The notes: generated by a model from the letters alone, not told the origin. 64,000 bases of DNA from Paraspadella gotoi (GCA_051294375.1 CM119264.1:28872696-28936695); one strand, 5' to 3'; shown: positions 11,462 through 32,715, numbered from the stretch's first letter. Translations and numbers: made by a program.

Positions 11462-14400
11462 CCGGATCTCGATCAGCTATCCCGACGGCGCTTCAAATCC
11501 AGACCTGCGGATTAAACGACGAATCGGCGGCGATCTTGAAAGGAAGCTGAGAACGCCAAGTGGATCGACGAGGGGCCTCCGCCGTCGTCATCGATTTCAC
11601 CGTCTTCAACCAAACGTCAACTTGTTTTTGTCAAGTGGCAGATCATGGCCGAGTTTCCAGACTTTGGTGAGGGGGAAGAAGCCAATCAATCACCCAATTT
11701 TAAAAAGATATTAATCAATCAAATCATCAATCAATCAATCTCTCTGACTCCAAGATCGTCACAGATAAAGATCATTTTACTTAAACGACACTCCATTATA
11801 TTGATCAAGATCATCTTCCAGTCAATCCAATCAAATCATAACGAACAAACCCCTTCTTCTTTTCCCCCCTACGACAGGCGGGATGACTCCCTCGTGTATT
11901 TCTCACCGTCTCTCTCTTTCCGCTAGTACAAGACTCCCTTCGACTTCTTTCATGCTGGCTGCGAGTTTTCCTTCAATCGTGTTCACCTGTATCTACATCG
12001 AGAGAGATCATCGAGATCGTTATCTGCACCGGTTCTCCTATTTGACCAAATTCTTCAACATCGTGGATCTCGTCATCCATCGGGGTCTCATGCGTGGGGC
12101 GGCCTACTTCGGGATGACGTCGTTACAAGGTCAGTTTTTCGAATATTCTGGAAAGCGGGCTGAAAATGGTGAGTAATATCGGATGGTTACGTTTGGTTGA
12201 AGATATTAAGCTATGGGGTTTAATTACATTAACAAATTTAAGCTTTAAGTATTAAGTATTTTATTAACCGTTGTGCTCCATAGTATAAATAGAAAGCCAA
12301 AAGCTAAAAATATCGCTTTTTAAGGTATTGAGCAATTTGTTTAATAGCCCGTGATTAAAATTGAAATGAATCTAAAGCGTTACTCATAGTTTGAAAAGCA
12401 AGCTTGCAAGTGAAAGCGATCAAGCAGAGCAAGCACACTAGCAATCGAGCCAACTTTCGAAATCCAAATTTAAATTAATTAACGACATTTCCTTGTTTCA
12501 GATTTACGTTTCGCAACGACGTGGAACGATTGAATTCAAATCCGGATCGAAATCACACGAACGAAGGTTCACCGTCGACTACATCACGTCTGGACGATCT
12601 CGTCACTCAACTCAACCTACATGCAGACAACTCAGCCGTTATCGCTATTCTTCGCTTGATCAAAGTCTTCAAAATTCTCTCCTTTTTCCGACACATGATC
12701 AATTGGCTACACCATCTCCAGGTTTGTTTTTTAAGGAGGGGGGTGGACGGAGAAAATTGGATTTTTTGAATTGGCTCATGAGAGATATTTATTAATCATC
12801 GTTTTACAGTTTGAGATGTTATAAAAGTTTTTCTTGTTTTTAATTTTCGTTTTCTCTGAGTGGTCGTCTTTTCCAGACATTATTAATTTTAGTCCAGTCA
12901 AAAGATAGGTGAGAGCAATTAGTATCAGTTGACTATTCTATTAACTAATAGCAAAAATAAAAAACATACATTAACGCCTCAAGAGTGCTAACATTACAAG
13001 TTTGAGCATGCTTTGTTTGCTAATTTTTTCCCTAGATTATTTATTCCTTGTCCAATTTTTCAGATCTATGAAAGATATTTTCCGGATCTGCATCAAATGT
13101 TCTTCTCGTTTTCTTCGCCATTTGGTCAATTTGCTTTCACCTGTTGTTTGGAACTAAATAGAAGGTAAAAAAAATATCATTTAAAAAGAAAAATTAATTG
13201 AATTGTTTTTTAAAATTTTGAAACTCCCACCTTTATGCAATCCTCTCATTCCCGACAGACTATTAGCACCTTCGGCGATTGCGTCTTCACCCCAACTCCG
13301 CATCATTCTGGGCGACTTTGCTATCCCGCGCTGCAGCAGGCCTCCAAAGTCTTCGGCCCAGTACTCTTCTTCCTCTATATCTTTCTTCGTCTTCTTCGTC
13401 CTCAATCAACATGTTCCTCGCCATCATTCGCCGATACTTACTCTATGGTCAGGAGGAGTGGGGCAAGCGGACATCTGGAGCACGAAGAAGGTGTGAGTTT
13501 TGTGGTGAAATCGAGTGGTTACATTTATAGTTATTACTTTTAATTTACTACATTTACACATTTAATTTTACTTTTAATTTAAATATTGGTCAGAAGACGG
13601 TTGGTTGGTCTGTTGAACCTACTTTTAAACACATTTCAATCATTTCCTTCATCATTTGATGAAGTTCTTCGCAGAGTTGCATCTCGGTTTGGTCCAGTCG
13701 TTGGTTGATCTGTTGGATCGCTGTTGTCGATCCTCTGGTTGACTTTCTGTAGTTTTGCTTGTTGCTTGACATTGTTGTCGTTTTACCAGTTTTAAGATTT
13801 GGCCAACGCATTTCTGCTGTTTGGTCTTTTCTAAGGCATTGGTTGTCGCAGGGCTGCCTTCTCTTTACTCTATGTTTAATATTTGCCGGGCGCTGTCGGA
13901 TCTGTTTGAGCCGTTGGAGCTTCTTTCTTCTGATGGCGAAGTCCACTCTTGAATGTGTGGCGTGGTTGAAGGTTTTCGGAGTAGGGATAGGATTAATTTT
14001 AGAAGAGCAGAGGCTATACATTAGATTGCTGGTTCCTTTTTTTTTTATAGCACGACTACCCTTAACTTTCGCTTCTTTTGAAATCCCCTTCCTTCAGACG
14101 GCACGAACTTTTCGAGAAACGCCAAAGCCAAAGTGAACGGACTTCGTCCGCAAAAAGAAAATCGTCGGAATTCTCGATTCATATCAAAGAAAACTGGCGG
14201 AGATCGCGCGGTTGGCATCTCGAAGAAGTGGCGTACCAGAAACTGAGGGTAAGTCTTTATGGGGTGGCCATTGACGAGTGCCGACCAAAACTGAAGGTAA
14301 GTGGTTACAGGGTGGGCAGTCGAGAAGGGCGACCAAAACTGAGGGTATAGTCTTAAGGGGTGCCAATCAAAGAAGGGCGACCTAAAAGCTGAGGTTAGTC

Positions 14401-15315
14401 TTAAGGGGTGGCATGAAGAAGGGCGACCAAACGCTGAGGGTAAGTCTTAAGGGGTGGCACTCGAAGAAAGGCGACCAATACTGAGGGTAAGTCTTTCTCA
14501 GAATTTGTACAAACCAAGGTATAATATTCTATCATTTGTATAAACGAAACGCCCGGTTTGATAATAATCAGTCAAATGACTGAAGTTTTGTGTTACTATT
14601 TTCAGTTTTTGGGTTTTAAGAAAATAACATTTGGTTGTTTTTTTATACTCTAAGGGAAAAAGGTTTACAGGAGTAAGCGGAAATTCAAGGCTTTTTTTTT
14701 CCAAAAGCGACGCAAACAACGAAAACAGAAATTGGCGACACGAATTGAGCCGTCCGGAGTTCGTAGATTGGAGGATAGAAGAGAGGGCGCTGGGTAAGCA
14801 TAAGCAAGCGCTAAGTAAGCATGGTCATAACTGCATAAGTTCGTTTGGATATACCTAGTAGACGATTCGTAGGCAAGGGCAAAGGAAAGCAAAAAAGCTT
14901 GGCGGCTCAACAAGCAAAGGGAGCAAAAGTGTCCTTGATATAGAATTAGAAAGAGAAGAAATTAGAAAAGAGAAAAAGAAAGAACTCGAAGAAAGAAAGA
15001 AGAAGAAAAAAAGTGATTGACTGTTAACATAATATTTTAATAATAAACTCATCTAATAACCAATAAATTTTTTTTTTCTAGACCTAACAAGCAAGAAACC
15101 TCTCGCCAAAGAGGCGTCATGGTTCCAGCGGGGAATCTAACGACGAAAGCGCAAATGGGCGCGGTGTATGGAAAGGATGCGGGACGATCGAGCGCAGGTG
15201 CGAAACCTGGCGGAACAAAATCGAAATCACTTTTGAAGAACTGATGGCGGAAGCGGAAAGAGCAGAGGTTTGGCATCTCAACTCGAGGTCGAAGCAACAG
15301 AATCTGGCGCCGTGA
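11462..15315 (+). CDS. PKD2: Polycystin-2-like gene, eight exons from the TOP domain to the C-terminus, frameshift-riddled (probably sequencing error rather than a pseudogene)
   Basis: After correcting indels: 11462-11666 (WIDEG..AVVIDFTVFN.NVNLFC..IMAEFPDFG), 11878-12129 (FRYKTPFDFF..FSYLTKFFNIVDLVI), 12502-12721 (IKVFK..SFFRHM.QLA), 13064-13164 (SMKDIF..LLFGT), 13259-13490 (STFGDCVFTQLRIILGDF..FGP..FFVFFVLINMFLAII.DTYS, the PKD2 pore/S6 signature), then noisy copies of the three 3' exons (~14098-14248, ~14654-14793, ~15082-15315). Confidence 0.85.
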
Positions 15316-18020
15316 CCTTTTTGTTACGCTATGGCGCTTCTTTTTTATTATAAATTTCTGTTTAGATGTTTATTAGATTAGTTTATTAGTTATTATTATC
15401 GCAAATATATTTTGAACGGGACGACTGGTTTCCTCTCGCGTTGATACACGGATTTCAATGGGAGTGAAATGAAAACAATTGGGAAAATGTTCAAAAGTTA
15501 AGCTGACTGACTGTGATTAATATTTCTTGATTTCATTAAGTTAAAAAATTCCCCTGACGTTAATGTTTCCTATCATGACGAGCAAACAACAAACAACAAC
15601 ACGATGACAGTCAACGTTTATGCTTTAATGTTTTTTTATACATCATTGCAACTGTGGCGCGTTGCCTTCCAAGGGGAGCTTTTTTGCAACATTTTTTCCC
15701 GCTCTTATTTGAATAGTTTCATTTAAACTTATTGTAAAAAAAATTAAGAATGAATATTTTTAATTTTTTTTACATTCATGTAGTTAGTAATAATGCCTTG
15801 GGAGTAATGGCAAAAAATGTTATTATATATATTTCAAAGTTTAGTTTAGACCAACAGGCTTCTTGCCAGATCATTGTTGTTTTTTTTGGTTTTTTAAGAT
15901 TGAAATTTTATTTTCTATATAGTTTTAACCTAGAAAACTACTAAAATGACAAAGGCTGTCATTGTGGTTGTGAAAAAGCTTTTGACATTTCGATTGCTAT
16001 ATCTGTAAAGATGACCTAAAATTTCAAACATTTTTTTCAGGATAAAAATATATTTTCTAATCAGGAAGGTCAAAAATCGGCGCTTGCCATTGATGAGCAA
16101 CATAACTAAGAAAGTAAAGCAAGCTGGAGCCACTGGGAGTTTAGAAAATAAAAAACATCAGGCGATTTTTTTACCCAGGGTGCAAAAACAAGAAAGTTTT
16201 TATAACGAATAATACTAGCCATAGTATTATTTGGAACTTATCATTTCTCTCGCCATTTGAAATCCGTGGTATGTTTGTTTTTGTAACCTCCATGAATTTT
16301 GTCTGTTACGTTAATACTAGTCTAGTTTAATGTAGTAAATTAATTTCATTAAGCTTTAAGTTATAAGCCCGCCGAATTTATCAACAGCCAATATTTAAAT
16401 AAAAAAGGATTTAATGTAATGTTTTACCTTTTTTTTTGAACGTCATTTGTAAACTCGCAGACATTCCATTTAAAAAAAAATTAAACGATATCGCATAACT
16501 GGCTTTTTTAATTTCGGTCACATAAGTAAAAGGAGGCAGCAAGGAAATAAAAATGGACAAGAAATTTAAAACTAACAATTACATCTGACAATAAACTAAT
16601 GGAAATAAAAAGTTGATGTCGAATTGACGTTACAGAAATAAAAATTTACTTGTCTTACAACTGTTTAAAACTCCTTTTCAGAAACCACAATTCAGACGCA
16701 ATCCGTACTATCTCTAACCTGGAAAGCAACTTCAAAAATTTTCTCAAAAAGACCCTGGATCAAAATTTAATAAATTAAACGCGGGTCAATATATATGTCT
16801 TTCATTTCCTCTGATTTAATAATTTTAATAAGCGTTAAAATGAGTTCTCAGGACCTAATTGACTCGTTTCAAATTCAATCTATGACCGCAGTAAAAAAGG
16901 GAGTATCAAGTGAAAAAAATACTATGTCAAGCCCATTTTTTAACCTCTTTTGACCGGTGATCAATCTGAGATGCTATCACAAAGCGTTTTTTTTTGTTTA
17001 CCCGGATTGAGCGGGTTTTTTTTTTGTGTTTTTTTTTGATGAGCTGCTTGCATATTTCTAACGAAATACGGGCCGTTTCAAAGCGTTTTTCAAAATTAAA
17101 AGCGGCACTATAAAGAAAAAAATCTTCGGGCGTGTTGAAAGAAGGGTTTAATATTATAAAATTTTCGCTAGGCAACAGCGTAGCAATCTTAGCTCGATGC
17201 ATCGTATCAAAGTCACATTTGCAATAGGCTTTTTGGCGCATCCATGGCTCTCGAAAAAAATGGAAAAATCAACAAGCGCAAAGAATGGCAATTCGTGAGA
17301 ACAATTGGCTTTTAAAAAAATAACCGGGTGTAATGTAGAAAATAAAACCAAAATAAAATCAATATCTAGTGCCTTCTTATCTATCAACTTAATCGACTAG
17401 AATTCTGGGAACGCAATCTAAACCTAAATTCTAATCTTAATCTACTAAAGGGATCTAGTTTGTATAATTGTAATCTCAAAGAGGATCATCTTTGTTGTAA
17501 AAGGTTACTTTAGTGTATATAAATAAATAGAACATTAGAAAGTCAACAATAAGGAGAAACTAAAAAAAAGCAAGCTGGTATGCACGCTACACCCATTCGG
17601 GTAGCAAAAACTTACAATTAAGTAACGTGTGCATTATGGCTTGGTACATGGATTAAAAAATATTGCGAATACAGCAAATTGAAGCAGGCCCAGAAAAAAA
17701 ACTTACAAAAAACGAAGTGATAATCAATATTCATTCAATCATCATGATCAGGTAGAAAAATCAATAAAAAAAAACTTTTAAACATTAGAAAATTATATAA
17801 TGCCTTTAGATCGTTAGGTGTTTTCTTACACATTAAATTTGGATATTTTTTTTTTGCAAGATTGAACCATGCATCAACAGCGTTTCCGTCGTTCTTTTTT
17901 TTTTTTCTGCTGGGCATAACATTACTATATAGTAGAATAGTAACATTACGAAGATAAGATTCGTAAGATTATATAAGGAAATTGAAAAAAAAAGAAAGAA
18001 AATATGCCGCGCGATTTTTA

Positions 18021-19499
18021 TCACTGGATTTCTAGCGGAACTTTGGCCGGTGATTCTGACAACGGTGACACCAACACGGTCGTCGTCTCCCATAATGCGT
18101 CGTCGTCGTCGTCAATTACCGTTGCTGGAAACGATAGAGCCCGCCGGCGTTTGGACGTTTTTCGCCGACGAGCCAAGCGTGTACGCCGGTTTTCGGGATG
18201 GGCATGTTTATCACAACGTTTCTCGAGTCGGAGAGGCTGCACGTCCGGGCGCGCTGCGGCTGGAAGACCGCGCGCCGACCTGGGTGTTTCGCTGGAACAG
18301 GTTCGAGTTGTCGCAAAACCTCGGGGGGATGTAGACGGGATCGAGACGCGAGGGGACGCCTCCACGGGGGCACCTCGTAGCGCGTCGGCCGCGCAGGGGC
18401 TCTCTGGCGGCGTTTGGCGTGCGCGAGGCGCTGCGGGGATCGTCTTTTTCCAGCGGATCCCGTCCTGCAGCTGCTGCCGTTTCTTCTTCATACTCTTGAG
18501 GAGGGCGTTGGCCGATGCCTTTGTTCGACACATCTTCTCCAATTCTCGATGACTTTGTCAAGTCTCTCCGCGTCCATGTTCTCCGAGAGGAGGCGTTGGA
18601 ATTCGGCCTCCTCGTGTTCGTCCCGTTGGCTCAAATTTCCGGAGCGTCCGTGTTGAAGCTCGATGTAGGTCTTGGCCGGAGGAGCCGAAAATCGTCCCGT
18701 TCCACCGGCGCCGGATCATCGTCACCGCGCGGTAACGCGCCGCGCTGGGACGGCCAGTTTGATGGCTCGGCCGTTGTTCATGGGGGCGCCGGAGAGAAGC
18801 GCCCGCTAGAGGGCTTTGACCGATAGCCCGGGCGGATTCCGCTCCGTCGCTCGCTGATTGGGCAGATTGAACGAGGGCGTGTTGCGGTAAGAGAAATTGC
18901 GCGGTCGATGAAACTGAGGGGATCGGACTCCGGAGACGGCGACAACCGTTCCCCGAGACCCGTCAGCTTGATTTCCCGCGCGTTTGGCCGATCCGATGAA
19001 ACTACTGGTGAAGGATCGGCCGAAGTGTCGTTGAAGCCTCCGGAGCTGAATCGGGCGAGGAGGCGGCGGATTGCTCTGGCTCCGCGTAGGCGTGATGGCC
19101 TGATTGGGCAAGCTGTCGCAGGACCGCGGGCTGTAGATCGGACAGATGGCCGAGTTCGGCGACCGGAACGAAACCAGTGCAGCTGTTACATAAAGCTGTT
19201 GTTTTCCTCGTGTCGCGCGTCGGCCGATGCTTGCGATCGCCGCGCCGTTTACCGTCGCAGTTTGAGGTGCCAGATTTTTTGTTGGCCTTTGATGCAGCAT
19301 CTCAATCGCCTTCTTATAGGGTCCACCGCAACGGTAGACATTTTGGCGCCAGGTAGGGTGGTACTTTCTTCTCTCTCGCCTGCAACACCTTGCCGACGAA
19401 GAGCTGACGCGCACTCCGCGCATTTCACGCCGTACTTTTGCAAGTAATTGCTCGTCCAAATGTCTGTAGGAACCCGGCTGCTGAGTCACTGGTGGACAT
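18021..19499 (-). pseudogene. ABLIM: Frameshifted duplicate of the abLIM-like gene (likely error-prone assembly copy)
   Basis: Same sequence as 3866-5308 broken by many single-base indels, with few substitutions. Confidence 0.7.
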
Positions 19500-20512
19500 G
19501 ACAATATTTTTTTTTTGTGATAAATAGTTTTTTTTTGGTTGTATTTTTTTTTTTTGTTTGAAATTTTTTTTTTGGTTTTTTGAGAAAGATTGCTCAAGTT
19601 TTTAATCTCCTCAGGTTTTTAAGCACGGAAAGGTTTTTTTCGTCTGCGAACAAGAAACATAATTACGCCAGATTTCGTTAAGCGAACAACAAATGGTTCA
19701 TAATTAATATAATTTTCTTTATGTGAATAACAAAACACAAAAAAGCATGTACAGTGGAATCAACGGGATAAAGAAAAAAACCTAATAAAACGTGATAATT
19801 TAATAACAAAATAATTGTACAAGTACGTCTCGAAATTATTATGCTACTGACATAAAAATTGTCAAAAGCATGCGATTGCATAGAATATCCAAAAAATAAT
19901 GGGCGAAAATAGCACGTTGACGTGTGACTAAGTTTTCTTTTCCACCATCGGGAACGATTTTTGCCAGTCAGTCAGTCCTCTTTTGGCCAATAGGGGGTGG
20001 GGCGAATATAATATAATTTCAAAAAAAGAAGAGAGAGAAAAAAAAGAAAGCCGCGATTAATTTCGAGTCTTCTGAACAATTCTTTGGTGTATACAATTCA
20101 AAAATGCGGACCACGAGCGCTTGGCGGCGCCGCGGATGAGAAGACAGCGCCGCGAGAAGATCCATTTCCAACTTGAAATTTGGTCGAGAGTTGGGAACGG
20201 GTGCAGGTCCCCGGATGTAAAACGGAGAATCACATTCGATCTTCAACATTCTTTCCGCCTTTTTTTATATTTTTTTTTAAGAAAAGAAGAGAGAGAGAGC
20301 GATAAGTAGAAAAGAGAAAAAAGATAAATTGAATCGAATGTTTTGATTTTGAAAGTCAATTTCAGTTCGCGTCAAAGGGAAAGAAAGAACTTTTTTTTTT
20401 CTTTTTCAGTTTCTTTTTTTCAAGGAGAAGCCCGAGAGATTTCGAGTCGTTTTTATCGTCCTTCAATTTTTTTTTACATTTTTTACAGTTTTTTTTTTTT
20501 TCTTTAAAGTTT

Positions 20513-21091
20513 TTAGGGTAGAACAGGAAATGATTTCATAAACGTCTCGCTCTTCGTCGCGGCTTTGATTCTCGGCGTTCTGATTCCAGATGGAGTGTTG
20601 TTGTGGCGCTGGACGTCCTCGCCCTCGTCGGAGACGGCTTGAGAGATGGCGCTTGGTGATGGCGGAGCCAGTGGCTTGCGTCGAGTGGTCGACGGAGGCC
20701 CGGCGACGACTGCGAAAACGAGGTCACCACCCTCGACGTCGTTGACCCTGAAACGGGCGACGGAGCGGTGACGGGCGGCGGGCGCGGCCTTCCGGACGCA
20801 GCGGGCGGGACAAAGGTGCGGAACGTCTCGTACCCGGCGGAAGGCGGCGGCGCCGACGGGAATGGAGGAGGCTAAACTGCGGAGTCGAATCGAAGATGGC
20901 GCGTCAATTCAACTTGAACAGCGAGGCCGGCGGAGAAGGCGACGCAAAAGGCGCCCGAGGCCGTTAGGAACGCGCGTTGCTGAATTCTTCAAGGCGAAGA
21001 CGACGATCGTACGTTGGAGGCGATGACGAGTGGCTGAGATTTCTTCTGCGACCGATTCCAGCGTACCTGGAGGTGGCTGACGCATAGTCAT
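20513..21091 (-). pseudogene. TMEM141: Frameshifted duplicate of the TMEM141-like gene (likely error-prone assembly copy)
   Basis: Same start MTMRQPPPGTLESVAEEISATRH; multiple 1-bp indels relative to 6402-6974. Confidence 0.65.
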
Positions 21092-23289
21092 CCTCTGGCG
21101 AAGAGGAATGAGGGGGATCGAACGCTTTGGGCGAGCCGGGGCGGTTTGGGATAAGAGGGCGACGAGATAAGCGGAGAAAAGTTTTGCGGTGGGAAATAGC
21201 TTGACTCTTTATCCTCTCTCGGGAAATGAGTTTTTTGAGACTTGGGTTCCCGTATGAATAATCAATTCACTTTTTTACGTTCTTATTCGTAATATTATAT
21301 ATTTTTTGCTTCAATCACTTTTTCTGTCTCAACTTTTTTGGTTTTTTCCTTTTTTTTGGGCGAGTCAGCATCAAATTCTCATAAAATAGGATGTTAAAAG
21401 TTGAAAGAAATCAAGTTTGTAAGCTTTTTAACGTTTTTTTGCAAAGGGTGGGGTTCACTTCGTTCGAAAACAGTTTTAAGAATATATATATCTCCTTTTG
21501 GTATTTCGTTTAAAAAAAAATAATCGGGTCTAGGGAACGATGCCTACATCACTTGGGCAAAAATACATCGACTGAGGTTCGAACCAAATTCTGGTCCGGT
21601 GAGATCCACGCATCGTTCACGTGTAAACGAGTTTTTGAGTATCAAATGTGCGACGTCACAGCTGGTATAGCAAGGAACGAGATGATCCGGGAGAAAATAA
21701 ATTCTCAATGAGGAGCCTGGGGATTGGAGGAAAAAAAGAGATCGAACGTTATTATCGTGTAGTTTAACCGGGGCCCCATTAAACTTAATCGTGGGCCAAT
21801 TTTTTTTTTCCACCTTTTAATAATTTTCGTTTTTTAAGGGATGTTGTTGAAAAATAAATAATACACGACAAACCGGATATATCATACTTATAGAACTACG
21901 ACTTAATGTCTGCATTCCGGTTCAGACCCTAAAAGGCCCGTTAACGGGGCGTAACTTGAATATTAAAGTTAACTGACGACAATTTCCAAACAAACGGTTA
22001 CACAATACACAATACACATAATGTGACGGCCAGCAACTTGTACCGAGGGCCTTGACTTGAACCAAATTTTTGTTTAATGAATTTCTATTAAATTTTAGTT
22101 CTAACAAACTTATGTTTTGAAGACAATCTGAGTTTGTTGCGAAACAGCAAAGAGAAATGCTGGTTTGTAGTGTCGTTTATAATATTCGGAATAACGATTC
22201 TTCAATTGAAAATGAAAGCGTTTCTTATCGTGAATTAAACATTCATTTCTCCATTATTAAAAATGCAGGAACCACGATAAATTTGGAGAAAAAAAAAGGA
22301 CGTGAGCGAAAGAGAAGAGATTAAGATGACATTGCGAAATTGTGAGATGTTGAGATGGTGAGCCGGTGAGCAGCAGCATGAAAATCGTTGCTGATCCGAG
22401 GCCGAGGCCGAGGTTGTCAACTCTAAATTTTATGTCGTCGAGGATTAAGTGACACTGTGATCTTGGATATGATAGGCGACGGGGTTTTAAAAAAAACATT
22501 TGGGACAGGGAAAATGGAAAAAACAAAGACATAATTTCTAATAAATGCGTTGGTTTTAATCTGGGCAGTTTTTTCATATGCATGTTGAGAAAGTGCTTCT
22601 TCCGCCCAGAGGAGCATGCGATCAAAACAAAAGATCCTCGTTCTCACTTTTAGCTCGGGAAAAGCATCCAAATCTACCAAAAGAAAAGCCTCTGGCTGTG
22701 GATTGCTTTTGGTTTTTGCAAGGTAAAAACCGAGGCTGTATGTGCGACTACGAAAAATTGTTTTTTTTCTTTTTATTATTGCATGATTTTTGATTGCGAC
22801 ATCAGGAGACACTTGACAACTTAGCAATTAGATAAGTAAAGACTCATCGGAATTATTAAGCCACTACTCTAGTCGATTTACTATCCACCGTTTCGCCAAA
22901 GAAATAAAGTAGTTAATTTATCCAGAAAATGAGCGAATGACGGGTTGGGGTTAAACTGACTCATATAATCCGCGTGACCTCAGCTTCGCTTTCTCCTCAG
23001 CAGCAGAGCGGAGACGCAGCGGAGCAGCGAAGCTTGAGCAAATCGAGTCCCGACGCTGGCCACGCGCACGAAATGCGATAAAAGTGGAGGTCTTGTTTAA
23101 TCTCGATAAAATTGCAATCGATTTAGGTTCTTGGTCCTGGAGTGGGAAATTTATGGCTTGGCTTTAATCGCTAAGATATCTAACTTATCAGATATTCAAA
23201 TTAAAATATATATTCTACTCATTGTCTTTAATACAAAAAAATGTTCATGTGAAGCCGACTGGTATCAAAGTAAAAACCGGCCCTTCAAA

Positions 23290-23330
<41 letters not shown>

Positions 23331-23532
23331 TAATAATAATAAACGAAATCACCTCAGCGCGTTTTTAATTAAAAAAAGTAGTAGTGGCGTTCGTAGCAAA
23401 CAAAGAATAAATATTTTTTGAATAGAAGTACGTTAGCAAAAAGCAAATTTTACAATGAAGACAGCACTTGTTCCTCGTTACGAAACTGATTCCGTGGCCA
23501 TAAAACCGTAAACAAAAGATGACAAAAAAAAT

Positions 23533-30218
<6,686 letters not shown>

Positions 30219-32339
30219 TTTGTACGGTTTAAGTAACCAACTATTTACTCTGAAATAACATAATATTATATATTTACATATATTTATGGTTTCATGTTAC
30301 CAATCATCATTATGATATCGATCATTATGAATCATTAACTATTGAATCATAAGAGGAATCTTCAGCACAAAACGAAAAAAAAAAAATGCAGAACGAAAGC
30401 TGTAGACCGAAAGAAACCCGGAGTTTCTAAGGAATTAAAAAGCACTCTTCGTCCTGTGTTAAGTTCTCTCTCTTTACGCCGCCTCCTCCAATCCCCGCCC
30501 TATATCTCCGCCATATCCCCACCTTATATTCCCTTACCCTTCGTCCTCCATCATTTGTCCGGCGAAACCAATTTGTTAGACTCGAAATTTTTTTTTTTTA
30601 AATAAGGAAAGATGGAGAGAAGAAAATAGAGAGAAAAATGAAGGAATGAGACAGAAAGTCGTTTAAAAAGTTGTAGGGGGCGGTTTGCGCGAGGAATCGT
30701 CGTCTCGACGTAGCGGCGTTAGAATTGAGGTTAGTAAGAAAAGGGCGTGAACCGTGAAGACTCGCTCATTCGAATACATCACTGCTCATTCGCTTTCTCA
30801 TCTCGGCTTTTATCACGCCGGATTAAAAAAAAAAAAAAATCCGACTGAAAAGAGTTCAGTCATAAAGTTTGAGATCAACGATTAATTAAACTCTTATCAA
30901 ATTCTTTTAATGTTTACCATGGATTTTTTAACGAGCAAAATCAAAAAAATAGATAAAGGAACTGAGAGTTCGTTATTAATATTGATATTATTTCAGGTTA
31001 ATTCATTTCAGATTTATATATAAAAAAAGACCTAAAAATAACATCGGCGCAAGATCGTTTCGTGACGTTGCAGAAAGCACGATTGCTTTGTTTTTATTGG
31101 CAACGAAGAATAATGAAATACGAATAGGAGAAAAAAAAATGTTTCAAACTCTATGCGCGATTTATTTGAGTTTTTTTTATATATTTTCTTCGTTAGTTTT
31201 AGCTAAAAAAATTTTTAGAGATGATTTTTTCAAACGAAGAAGAAAATAGCTATATAATTTTTATGGATTGAAACCAGACGCTGGTCTTAAAATTGTCGTT
31301 AAACTTAATTTTTCCAAGAAAGTTTTCAAAAAAATAAATATAAAAAAGTTTGTGTAAAACAAGAGTGAACCTTTGAAAAGGTACGGATCGATTTTTTTAG
31401 AAAAAAAAAGAGGCGGTCATATTGAACTCCAGAAAAGCCGGCTTTTAAACGAATCCGATATAGGTTTTATACTAAAACTATAATCAAAATATAAAAGTAT
31501 TAAAGTATAAAAGATCCATCTTAGAAAAACATTTATTTACATACGGTACCAATGCTTTCTTTGTGTACCTTAACTTAAGCCCATAAGCCAAACCGCAGTC
31601 TTGTTTCATTGATAAACAAAAGGCAACCGCCTAAAGCAACAACGCGTATCCATAATATATTTTGAATTATACTTTAATATATCATTAAAATCGAGAGCCG
31701 GTTTGTAAGTCGAGTAAAGGATGAGACGAAAATCCTTTTTTCTCAAGGAAGCCTCTCATTTAAAACGATTTGAGTTGTGAGCTGTGAAGCCTCTGATTGT
31801 CGTGAAAGAGAAAAAATAAAGGCGACGATGACTCACATTCGGAAAAGAAGCAGAAATAAGAAGCATCAAAGGAAGCACGTTGGTCGCCGATCAAAAAATC
31901 CCTCATTGCAAAAGTTTAGTTGGTGAATCATTTTTCAGGATGGAAAGTCGACAGAATTGCGAAAAAAATGCGGAATGCGATGAAACGTAATGTAATTACT
32001 AAATTAGATTTAAATTGGTTCTGAGGACTTTTTACTTGTTCATAATAACCATTAATTTTATCTATTATTATATCAATCAACACGATTATTCAATATGTAC
32101 TTTACCCCTTGCATTATCAATTTGCCTCGTGACGTAACTGGTGCAATGTTCAAAAAGTTAATTTTGGCAGAAATCCCAAGAGACGACGATTGGTTGGACG
32201 AAACCCAACCCCGAGTTTTCTCGGCGCGCGATTGGTCAAAATCGTCATTAATTTTCTCCAAACTGACGTGAACACTCAATATATTCTCTTTACTTTTTTT
32301 AAAAATAAAAAATAAAAAAATCTGTAAGCAAATTGTTGT

Positions 32340-32715
32340 TAGATGAGATGACAGAAAATCCGGTCATATTTTCTAAAAGCTCCCAATTTCGGCTTAAATT
32401 TAAAATTAAATTAGTTTTAATGATTAATTAACAGTTAAGGCTAGACGTTGGGGTTAGGGATTAGGTTTGGGATTAGGTTAGGTATTTGGTTCATGATTTG
32501 GTTTAGGTATTAGCGTTATGGGTTAAGCTTAAGGATTAGAGTTTAGGCTCAGGGTTTAGGGTAAGAAGAAAGGGTTATGGATTAGGTTACGGCGAAGTAT
32601 TAAAATTAAGGAATAAGGATTTAGATACGGGATTAAATTAAAATTAGTTTTGCGATTAGTAACAAAAATGTAGCTCTTTCGGAAAATAACGCCGAAAATC
32701 CGAGTAAAGAGGCGA
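32340..32715. repeat. Degenerate interstitial telomere-like (TTAGGG/TTAGG) tract with weak flanking inverted repeats
   Basis: 32434-32635 GGTTAGGGATTAGGTTTGGGATTAGGTTAGG...; flanks TATTTTCTAAAAGCTCCCA and TGTAGCTCTTTCGGAAAATA are imperfect reverse complements. Confidence 0.55.
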
